Below the pieces are notes generated by a model. It made no database searches and was not told the DNA's origin. It saw only the letters and a program-made list of their open reading frames with translations. 64,000 bases of DNA from Porphyridium purpureum (lineage: Eukaryota): NCBI GenBank assembly GCA_008690995.1, contig VRMN01000004.1:1302001-1366000 (forward strand). The letters are read 5' to 3'. Both the position numbers and the translations under genes were made by a program. This document shows, one piece after another, positions 22,362 through 31,177 of this stretch. Each line of letters begins with the position of its first letter. Position 1 is the first letter of the stretch.

Positions 22362-23420
22362 ATGGCGACGGCACAGCTGGTGCAGCGCATCACAACACTG
22401 CGCGGGCTCGCGGGTCTTTGTGGGAACGCAGCAAGTGGGCCAAGGATGTGCGAGTCGACGTTGATGTCACAGCCAGGCGCGGCGTCGGCTGTCGTTGCGC
22501 TGGTTGACGCGGGGATGGACGTGAGGAGAGACGCCGCGCACGTACCTGCGCCAGGAGCGGCCGGCGAGGGAACAGCGGGCGCTGCGCCTCGCGCGGAAAA
22601 GGCCATGGCTGCGGCGGCGGGCGATGTGCAGAAGCAGGGCCGCGTCCTTGACCCAGACGCGCTTCAGGTCGAGACGTCGATCGCACGCCACGACGTGGTG
22701 GTCTGCGCGTGCAGCAACAGCAAAAAGCGCGTCCATGCAGACAATGTGGACGAGCGAAGGCCAGACAAACGGATCAGGAAGTGGCTGTCGGACCTGCCTG
22801 TCGAAAATATGGACTCCTTCGCTCAGCTGGAGGCGCATGGCTCGCTTGGCGCGCTGAGCGTCAACACAACTGTGATTAACCTGCCAAGCAGAATGGAGCC
22901 AGGCAGCAAAGAAGGGGCGTGCTGGATTCGGAGTGACGATACCGAACTGCTCAAGCGCGCATTGCGAACGAAGCAAAGGATGAAAGTGGCGGCCATGGAA
23001 CGACTTTCGAAAGAAGGGAAACGGATGTCGCAGCCGGGCATTGAAGAGTTGCGCCCGCTCAAGAAGCTAGCTCTTTCGACTGGAAGACCAGCTGCTGCCG
23101 AAGCGTTCTCGGTAGGTCCAGCAGTCGCCATGACTGATGCAAATGAGCCTGCGTCCCGATCTGAGGTCCGGGAACGCCGCGTTGCCGCGTTCAATTTCGC
23201 GTGCTCGCTTGTGGGAGAACGCCCAAACTCGCAGACCATTACAGTTACAGATTGCTTGAAATGGAGTCTTACAGATCTCCGACGCATCTGCGAGATGGCA
23301 AATCTATCAACACATGGCTCGAGCAAAACAGATATTTTGAGAACAGTCATGAACTTCCTAGCAAGTGAACTGTCGCGCGACCCTGAACGAAGCGGTGTTC
23401 GAAACGGAGGCAGCCAATGA
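22362..23420 (+). CDS. Hypothetical protein with C-terminal SAP/HeH-like motif
   Basis: Open frame from ATG 22362. WSLTDLRRICEMANLSTHGSSKTDILRTVMNFL resembles a SAP motif. Confidence 0.6.
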   Translation: MATAQLVQRITTLRGLAGLCGNAASGPRMCESTLMSQPGAASAVVALVDAGMDVRRDAAHVPAPGAAGEGTAGAAPRAEKAMAAAAGDVQKQGRVLDPDALQVETSIARHDVVVCACSNSKKRVHADNVDERRPDKRIRKWLSDLPVENMDSFAQLEAHGSLGALSVNTTVINLPSRMEPGSKEGACWIRSDDTELLKRALRTKQRMKVAAMERLSKEGKRMSQPGIEELRPLKKLALSTGRPAAAEAFSVGPAVAMTDANEPASRSEVRERRVAAFNFACSLVGERPNSQTITVTDCLKWSLTDLRRICEMANLSTHGSSKTDILRTVMNFLASELSRDPERSGVRNGGSQ

Positions 23421-23826
23421 AAGCAGAACAATCCCATGTCTGATTTGCCAAGGAGCGCAGTCGCGCAAGAGCGAGGAAGTCGTTTTCGTTTGTTGTTTTT
23501 TGCAGCATGCTGTGTTTGAAATTTCTTGGCACGAAAGACGAACGAATGGTGGTCTCCAAGAGATCCATCATGCCGCTCGTGGGTAAGACAAGAACGACAC
23601 GAAGGGGCAGTCCTTGGTGCCTCCGCGAGAAATAAGAATTGACGCCATAGTGAAGCTCCGCACAGGCGTCGCGGCCGGAATGGGAAATAAAAGACGAGAG
23701 CAGGAAAGGTTCGGTTATTCATTTGAAAGGCATACAGCGGCAAAAAGAACCGGAAGGGTGAACCACTGCAGAGGACTCAACAGCAGAGGCCCGGATGGCT
23801 CACCCACCAAAAGCACGTTCTTGTTC

Positions 23827-24997
23827 TTAAGACGTCATGTACGAGCTGACATCAATCTTCTCCGGTAGCTCCGGCACCGCCACGGCAAAGCGGCTCTGCA
23901 CCTCATTCAGCACTTCAACTTCTTCTTCCGTCGCTACAAACGAGACGGCGAGACCCTTGGTACCAAATCTGCCCGCCCGACCAACGCGGTGCAAGTATGA
24001 ATCGGCGTCCGGGGGCATATCATAATTGATCACGATGTTCACGCGCTCAATGTCAATCCCGCGACCAAAAAGATCTGTCGAAACCAAGATGCGCGCTTGG
24101 AAGTCTTTGAAGGCACGGTACCTCTTGATGCGCTCTTCCTGATTCAGAGTGGAATACATCGCAATCGAAGGAAAGTTTGACTCGTTCAAAACCTTGTTGA
24201 GCGCTTCCGCACGCTGCCCGCTTTTCACAAAGATTACCACTTGGTTGAATTCAAGTGCGTCGAGCAAATCGTTCAGCTTGCGGTTTTTCTGTGCCTCGTC
24301 CAGCTTCAAGTAGTACTGCAACAAGCCGTGCAGGGTCAATTTGGAATCATTGTCTACGATGACCTCCAAAGGATCCGTCATAAAATGCTTGGCGCTCTCA
24401 CGCAACGTAGCACTCAAAGTCGCAGTGAACATCATCACTTGCTTGTTGGCCGGAGTCGCCATGAAGATCTGCTGAACTTGTGGCCTCATTCCTGCTTCAA
24501 GTACACGGTCGCACTCGTCCAGTACGAAAAATTTGACCTTGCTGAGATCAACGTACTTTCGCTCGACTAGATCAGCCATGCGACCTGCGCTACCCACCAA
24601 AATATTGGGAATCGCAGCCTCTAGCTTCTCTTTATCCGCCTTGACCGGAACCCCACCAAACACGGCCATCGTACGGATGTCTTTGAGGTACTTGCTGAAT
24701 CGGTCAAACTCGGCCTTAATCTGGTACGCGAGCTCACGAGTGTGACCTAGCACGACGCAGGAGATGGTGTTCTCTTCAGGTTCGAGCTGCTGGAGTACAG
24801 CGAGACAAAACACCGCCGTTTTGCCCATGCCCGACTTGGCTTGGCAGAGAACATCCTGTCCCACTATCGCCTGAGGAATGCACTCGTGCTGAACCTCGGA
24901 TGGATGCTCAAAGCCGCAATCCTGAATCGCGCGGAGCAGCTCTGGTTTGAGCAAAAAGTCACGGAAACCAGCTGAATGCACGCCCACATAAGCACCT
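23827..24997 (-). CDS. UAP56: DExD-box RNA helicase UAP56/SUB2, exon 2
   Basis: [27 protein letters not shown] and [10 protein letters not shown]. Acceptor CAG ends at 24998. The spliced product is 434 aa. Confidence 0.95.
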
Positions 24998-26455
24998 CTG
25001 TGATGTTCATGGAAGCCAAATCATGCCGTCGTGGAAAGAACATGATGCAGAGACCCACAAGAACAAGCCGCGGAAAATTAGAAATCGCAGCAACGCGATC
25101 GACACAGAATCACAAAATCAAAAAATAAAAAAGTCAGGAGTTGCCGGATTAGTAACATGTTCACATCATCTTCGTCTTATCACACGTGACAATGGCAAAG
25201 ACTGAAATGACTCACATTGCGCACCGCTGACCCCGCCGACGACAAGAATGAGCTGGACAATACGGAACAGGGGCCAGGCAGGTCATCTCAAATGATCATG
25301 CGAAAGCAAGTTTGCCAGGCAATGTGGCTGCCTCCACGGAAACTGGCTTGCGAAGGGGACCTGATTTTTTCTGAAAATGAGCACTCGGCAATACTGCTGA
25401 GGCCGGATGCGACTGACGAGCCCCGAGGAATCTATGCACACGAAAAATCATCTTTCAAGCGTCTGTCATGCCAAGAATATGGGCAGCTCCCATCTCTTCC
25501 CGATGGACAAGCAACCAATTCATTCGTGAGCCTAGACATCCCAAGGAAGCACACAGAGATGGGCTGAATGGAGACCTTTCAGATCACCTCTGCAGAGCAA
25601 GAGCAAGAAATCAATCTCTCGTACATAAATACCAACGGTGCTGGATCTGAGCAACCAGGCACGGTCGAAACCTTTCCAGTACCACGGCTCGCGTCACGGA
25701 AGTTCCCCGGTCGCAGAAAAAAGTCCCCAGACACAAAATCAGAGAGAACAACGCCGTGCCTGCTCACCAACAAATTTCGAGAGAGACAAAAGGGGTGACA
25801 CTGCACGAACAAGCTGAAGACGCAAGTATGCCGTCGCTTCCTTCATTCTTCTCTCTTCGCCTGGAGGCCCCCAAATGTAATTCAAACACAAGGCGTTGGA
25901 GAGATTGTTTCCTGATAGAAATCCTCCTCCTGATGTCCCAATCAAGCTCATTCTTGTCCGGATAGGGCCAGAGATCCTAAATGACGAGATTTGTAGTCCA
26001 GCACGCCGCAGGAGCCACGAGGAAAAGAATAGAAAAAGAAAATAGGAAAGGCAGAGAGAGACCGAACCAAGGACGGTCGCTTCAAACACGGAGTGCGCTT
26101 GACCGCTGAGACCTCTTGAGAACCGGTTTGCGCCTAGTCCCTTCCCACTGCACGTTTGAGTACACGCCGCGCGCGAGTGAAAGCGACCAAAGCGGAAACG
26201 AACAGAAGGAGAATCGCTCGCGCCACACTCCTCCCGGCGAGGGCACGGGCCCGCCACCACGAGGCCAGTCTCTCGAGCCAGTCTCCGACCCGATCACGGG
26301 CCTCAACTCGCCCGGAACGAGCCTCCCCATTTGATTAAGACCTCCGAAGTCGGCCACCGCCGAGCTCTCTGGTCGCAACCGCGCGCCGTCGCTGCGGGGA
26401 ACCCGCAACGAGTGAAAACTTTCTACAACAGAAATATCCCGTCTATCTTACGTAC
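24998..26455 (-). other. 1458-nt phase-2 spliceosomal intron of UAP56
   Basis: Donor AA|GTACGT at 26455 and acceptor CAG|A at 24998 join to give ...[18 protein letters not shown], the conserved UAP56 sequence. Confidence 0.9.
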
Positions 26456-26589
26456 TTATTCCCCGACTTGGCGTCGGCCGGTGCATCGGCCTTGGAGGCT
26501 GCCGCGACCGGCGCATCCTCTTCTTCCTCGTAATCGACCAGGTCATCCTCCTTCACCGCGGCCTTGGCCACGCCGTTCTCCCCCGCCAT
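26456..26589 (-). CDS. UAP56: UAP56/SUB2 exon 1
   Basis: MAGENGVAKAAVKEDDLVDYEEEEDAP..., carrying the conserved UAP56 N-terminal LxDYEEE motif. Not in the ORF track. Confidence 0.9.
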
Positions 26590-27108
26590 GGTTCCGCGCG
26601 GCACCCGTCGACAAACTCCCTGCTTCTCACGAACGCCGTGCGGAAAGCCTCAGTTGCCACGAAACCGTTCCGCCCGTAGCCACCACAGTCGCTGTCGCTG
26701 TCCAAGCCTCACTCCCCCGCCTCTTCGCCTCGTACTCTGTCCGCACCGCGATTCTGCCGTGCTCCGTTGGTGCGCTCGTGTGCTATTGAGAGCCCGCACT
26801 GCCTGGGCCGAAGCTATGCGCGTTGATAGTAAAAACGGCTCGTTTTGCTAGACGACGCGCGCCAGTTGCGCGGTGTGTGGTGCACTCATCCGCGTGGAGG
26901 TGTACAGTATGGCTCTGTGTACAGTTTCACGTTTGCGGGGAGGTTTTGCGTGCCGTGAGAAGGAGCGGGAGGGTGAGGATGCAACAGGGAAGGGACATGA
27001 GCTGTGGGGAAGCGAGCGACGGGTGGGGAAAGGACGGGAGCGAGAGAGGGACGGGCGCGCGCGAGGGACGGAACGCACAGGGGAGTGGTTTGGAGAGGGC
27101 GCGCGGTC

Positions 27109-27390
27109 ATGGCGGACAAGATGGCGAGGGTGATGAGCACCGTTCGCGGCGAGAATGTGTTCTCGTTCATCAACCAACGCCTGTTCGGCGCGCGCGGCTT
27201 CAAGGGCCTGGCGCAGGCGTATTACGACAAGTACGTCGCGACGAACACCCTGATGCCGCTCGTGCACTACGCGAGTTACGCGTTCTTGTTCGGATACGCG
27301 CTCGAACACTCACACCTGAAGCATGTCAGGAAGCATGAGCAAGAAGAGGTGTTCCATATTCCGTCTATGCCAACAGAGGCGGACGTGTAA
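27109..27390 (+). CDS. ATP17: Mitochondrial ATP synthase subunit f (ATP17-like)
   Basis: 93 aa; YYDKYV...PLVHY...FGYALEHSHLKH matches the fungal/plant subunit f pattern. Confidence 0.75.
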   Translation: MADKMARVMSTVRGENVFSFINQRLFGARGFKGLAQAYYDKYVATNTLMPLVHYASYAFLFGYALEHSHLKHVRKHEQEEVFHIPSMPTEADV

Positions 27391-27674
27391 GAACGCGCTT
27401 GTGCTTGAGCGCACATGGTGTTTCACGCTACTATGAAGGAGTGGTCGTGGGGTGTGTGTGTGTTTGTGTGTGTGTGTGTTTTTTTGTGTGTTTGTGTCTT
27501 TGCGGGTGTGCCTGAAAGAGAAGTTTGAGCGTCTATAGCACGTCTTTTTTATACTCTCATTGAGTTTTGGAAACACGATCAGTTAGATCGACAAGTAAAG
27601 CGAAGTCTTGCTTGAGCACTCAAATATTAATGTGACTTGATTCATGCCGTTTGGAGCATTATCATTCAAAGTCG

Positions 27675-28793
27675 TCAGTAGTCAGCGTAAAATATTCGGT
27701 CTAGGCACAGTCCCCTTGCCGGCGCGGCCTTGGGAGCTATTCTGCGGTCTCGAGCGCCTAAGAGAACGTCAATGTGCTCTGGTGGCATGTCGTGCCTGGC
27801 CACATGCAGTGCAGCGCCAATCATATTCCTCACCATCTTGTACAAGGCACCCTGCAGGTCTACTTCGACGGTCATCAAACGGGGATCTCGCTCGTCGCGT
27901 ATCACTCGCACGGAATGCACTGTGCGAACGGGGTTCCGGACAACTTCTCCGTGACTTAATCTATTCGCGAATGAACTAAAGTCGTGCGTTCCCACAAACC
28001 TCTGCAGGGCCGCTTCGAACAAATCTGTATCGCACGCTTGATATTCATGGTGTCGATATAATCGTTCAAGCGGATCCATACACGTCGCGAACATGATTTT
28101 GTACGAGTAGATCTTGTGCTGCGCGCAGTAAATGCTGTGCCAGGGTTTCAATCGCTCGCCACTCGGGAGCTTGACCAGCGATGGTGGCGGTGCCACCTCC
28201 ATGCGCAGCACCTGCAGATTGGCCGGAAGCATCCGATTTACCTGGAATTCGAGGCGCGATAATCCTGACGAATCATCCTGTTGCAGATCCTCCTTTGGTA
28301 TTTCCTCAGGAATATCGAAGTGCGCCACCTGCCCGCGCGCATGCACACCAGTATCGGTACGCGATGCGCCCACAACGCGCGTAAATCCGTTCAGCCTCCG
28401 CGAGAACACTTTTTCAAGCGTGGCCTGCACAGAGTTGCGAGTGTTGATTTGATACTGCCAGCCTCGAAATTCAGTTCCATCGTACGCAACTGTCATTCTA
28501 CAACGATAGGTCTCGCCACGCAGTACACGAGCCTCCGTCTCTGACCACAAGCTCCAATCTGCGTCTGCAAGATCCGACTCGATTTGGCCTGCATCAATCA
28601 CGCAAAACATCACCGCACGCGACTGAACGGTTGACGAGGCCGGCAGTGGAATGTTTAGAGGTCTGATCGACCGTTGGCCGTAGCAGAAGGCTCCTGATCT
28701 AACGACTCCGCCGCGACCATCCGCACGTGCATTTGAGCTGCGTCGCTGCTGCCACGCCGTCGTGACGACAACAAAGCCAGGCCTGGAAACCAT
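27675..28793 (-). CDS. truA: tRNA pseudouridine synthase A, probably organelle-targeted
   Basis: VAYDGTEFRGWQ, GASRTDTGVHARGQVAHFD, GTHDFSSF, LYKMVRNMIG and AAPARGLCL motifs; transit-like N-terminus. Confidence 0.92.
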   Translation of the reverse strand: MVSRPGFVVVTTAWQQRRSSNARADGRGGVVRSGAFCYGQRSIRPLNIPLPASSTVQSRAVMFCVIDAGQIESDLADADWSLWSETEARVLRGETYRCRMTVAYDGTEFRGWQYQINTRNSVQATLEKVFSRRLNGFTRVVGASRTDTGVHARGQVAHFDIPEEIPKEDLQQDDSSGLSRLEFQVNRMLPANLQVLRMEVAPPPSLVKLPSGERLKPWHSIYCAQHKIYSYKIMFATCMDPLERLYRHHEYQACDTDLFEAALQRFVGTHDFSSFANRLSHGEVVRNPVRTVHSVRVIRDERDPRLMTVEVDLQGALYKMVRNMIGAALHVARHDMPPEHIDVLLGARDRRIAPKAAPARGLCLDRIFYADY

Positions 28794-28863
28794 TCAGAAT
28801 AATGGGCGCGAAGTAAAAGTGACGACCTCGGTGAATAGCTTTCGCGCGGCTTCACCCCGCGCA

Positions 28864-29754
28864 ATGCAGCGCGCTTTCAAGTCGTCTCCCCAAATCGCGC
28901 GACGGTCCCGTGAGTTATTCCGGACGCTGCTGAACGCCGACCGCTTTTTCGTGATCGCGGGACTCAACGTGATTGAAAGCGAGGAACAGACTGTTCAAGT
29001 TGCGCGAACGCTGCGCGACATTTGTGACGATCTGGCACTACCGCTGGTCTTCAAAGCATCATTTGACAAGGCGAATCGAAGTTCCGTGGTATCGTATCGC
29101 GGCGTTGGGCTCGATGCCGGCCTGAAAATCCTCGAGAAGGTCAAGGATCAGACGCTACTTCCGGTATTGACAGATGTGCATTGCCTCGCAACTTTGGGAG
29201 CGGCAGCCAGCGTGGTAGATGTGGTGCAAATTCCGGCATTTTTATGTAGACAGACTGACTTATTGCTTGCAGCTGGTCAATCTGGCCGCATCGTCCACAT
29301 CAAGAAGGGCCAGTTTGCGTCCCCACGGGTAGCCGTCCAAGCTGCACACAAGGTGCTGTCCACCGGCAACTCAAATGTGATTCTGTGCGAACGAGGTTTC
29401 GCATTTGGGTACGATGATCTCGTCTTCGACCCCACAAGCATTCCGGAGATGCGTCGTATGGTACCAGAAGTCCCACTTGTGGTCGACGTGAGCCACTCCC
29501 TTCAAAAGCCTGGTGGGAAAGTGCGCGATGACGGAACGGTGGAGAGCAGTGGCAGGCGCTTCCTCATTCCGACAATGGCGAGATGCGCAGTAGCGATTGG
29601 CTGCAATGGCTTATTCCTTGAAGTCCACCCGTGTCCAGACGAGGCGCCTGTGGACAGCCAAGTGCAATGGCCTCTAGGCAAGGTACACACCCTCCTGTCA
29701 GAATTGCTAGATATCGCGGGAGCCACACGCGCCCGTGAGACGAGTTGTGTTTAG
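28864..29754 (+). CDS. kdsA: KDO-8-phosphate synthase
   Basis: IAGLNVIES, FKASFDKANRSS, QIPAFLCRQTDLL, KKGQF, CERG and GLFLEVHP motifs. Confidence 0.93.
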   Translation: MQRAFKSSPQIARRSRELFRTLLNADRFFVIAGLNVIESEEQTVQVARTLRDICDDLALPLVFKASFDKANRSSVVSYRGVGLDAGLKILEKVKDQTLLPVLTDVHCLATLGAAASVVDVVQIPAFLCRQTDLLLAAGQSGRIVHIKKGQFASPRVAVQAAHKVLSTGNSNVILCERGFAFGYDDLVFDPTSIPEMRRMVPEVPLVVDVSHSLQKPGGKVRDDGTVESSGRRFLIPTMARCAVAIGCNGLFLEVHPCPDEAPVDSQVQWPLGKVHTLLSELLDIAGATRARETSCV

Positions 29755-29903
29755 CACGCGACCACTGCGCACGCTTGGCTGGTCTGCTACTGATGCTTAT
29801 TTTTATGAGGTGAGTTGTGCGACGGAAGGCGTACACAGTAAAGATGTATGTGGGTCAGATCACGGGCGCGCTCGCACGCAGGACAACGGACAAAGTACAT
29901 TCT

Positions 29904-30995
29904 TCATGAAAAGCTAAGCCCTTCGAACTCGAAAACGTTCAAAGCGTAACCTACAAAGGAGATGACGCATGCAGAGATAAAGATCTTATTGCGCCAGCGT
30001 CGACTGCGCTCTGCTTCCGAAAGCTGCTTGGCGGACGTTTTGGTCGCTGTGTCCGCGGATCTCCGAGCCGCTTCTTCCGCAGCAGATCGGGCAGACATCC
30101 GCGCCGGTCTGGAATCGTTTGTTTCGGCAGCACTCATTTGCTCCGCGAGATCCGGGTACAACTTACTACGCATAGTGTGGCAAAACTGGACGAGGTTCTT
30201 TCTCTCCAGCAGGAGATCCCGCAGGCGTGAGTTTTGAATCGGCGAGTATACGATGCAAGACAAGTACCCAAACAGAAAGGCGTCAATCGACGCAGGTTTC
30301 CCACCGTAGAAGAATTCGCTGTGCGAACCCAGCCTGCTACTAAAATGCGAAAGCGCGAGGTCCGCATCCTGATAGGCTTGTTCAATACCTTGCTCGGTGC
30401 CCATGAGACCAGATTCCAGGGCCTGTCGTACACGACGACGTTCTTTCATAGGATTGAGCCAGCTCATCGGATATGTCAATCCCTCGGCAAGCTTCTCCTT
30501 GATGTAAACTTCGTAGCAGACATCGTCCAGGTACCACTCATAGAACATCACACTGGTAAACGTACTCTGCAGCAAGGATGCAAAGGCGTCCGACTCGGCG
30601 AGCTGTGTCTTCGTGAGCGCGCGATCAACCAGACCTATCATTCCTCCGGTGCGGGTACGAAGAACCTGACGTATCGCATGCAACCCAGCTGCCGAGCTGA
30701 TCCCGAGAGCTGCAGCATGATTGCCAGCATGATTCACTTTTCCAGCCGCTGCGCCAGATGTGGAATCAGCTGCCGATTCGGGACCCGTCGCAGTAGACGA
30801 GGATATGCGCGCACCCCGCACGTGCATATACGGCAAGCAATGAGTGGCCGTCATAGCGTGCGAGCTATTGCAACGCAGGGAGCAGTCGAGGCCTGCGACT
30901 TTGACAAGCGTCAGCGCAGCCATATCCTCCGGGTGCAGTAGCGGCAGCTCCCAGCCCGACGGGCCACAATACAAATGCACTTCAGATTGATCCAT
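29904..30995 (-). CDS. Metaxin (mitochondrial SAM-associated, GST-like fold) with C-terminal anchor
   Basis: WELPLLHPED, FFYGGKPASIDAFLFGYL, NLVQFC and a C-terminal TM helix. Likely ATG at 30995. Confidence 0.8.
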   Translation of the reverse strand: MDQSEVHLYCGPSGWELPLLHPEDMAALTLVKVAGLDCSLRCNSSHAMTATHCLPYMHVRGARISSSTATGPESAADSTSGAAAGKVNHAGNHAAALGISSAAGLHAIRQVLRTRTGGMIGLVDRALTKTQLAESDAFASLLQSTFTSVMFYEWYLDDVCYEVYIKEKLAEGLTYPMSWLNPMKERRRVRQALESGLMGTEQGIEQAYQDADLALSHFSSRLGSHSEFFYGGKPASIDAFLFGYLSCIVYSPIQNSRLRDLLLERKNLVQFCHTMRSKLYPDLAEQMSAAETNDSRPARMSARSAAEEAARRSADTATKTSAKQLSEAERSRRWRNKIFISACVISFVGYALNVFEFEGLSFS

Positions 30996-31177
30996 CTCCG
31001 CCCGCCGCGATCTAAAATGTCGCACCCGCATGAAGCCACCCCCGAGCCAGAGTGACAGGCTGACCAACGCGTTTACTGTTAAACCGTTTGGATCTGAGCG
31101 GCCGGAGCCTTTGGGACAAGCGGTGCGCGTGCTGACGTGCCGCCGGGACGGGAAGAGGTTCGTTGCCTCCTTTTGTG

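Noticed and set aside
25698..25800. RNase MRP-like AAGTCCCC...GGGG motif on the plus strand
   Set aside because: The spacing is far too short, it is antisense to the host gene, and the motif is explained by pairing with 25355-25373.
24998..26455. Intronic C/D box snoRNA in UAP56 (as hosted by vertebrate DDX39B)
   Set aside because: CTGA boxes exist, but I found no canonical RUGAUGA C box on the sense strand and no recognisable rRNA guide. H/ACA RNAs cannot be excluded without a covariance-model search.
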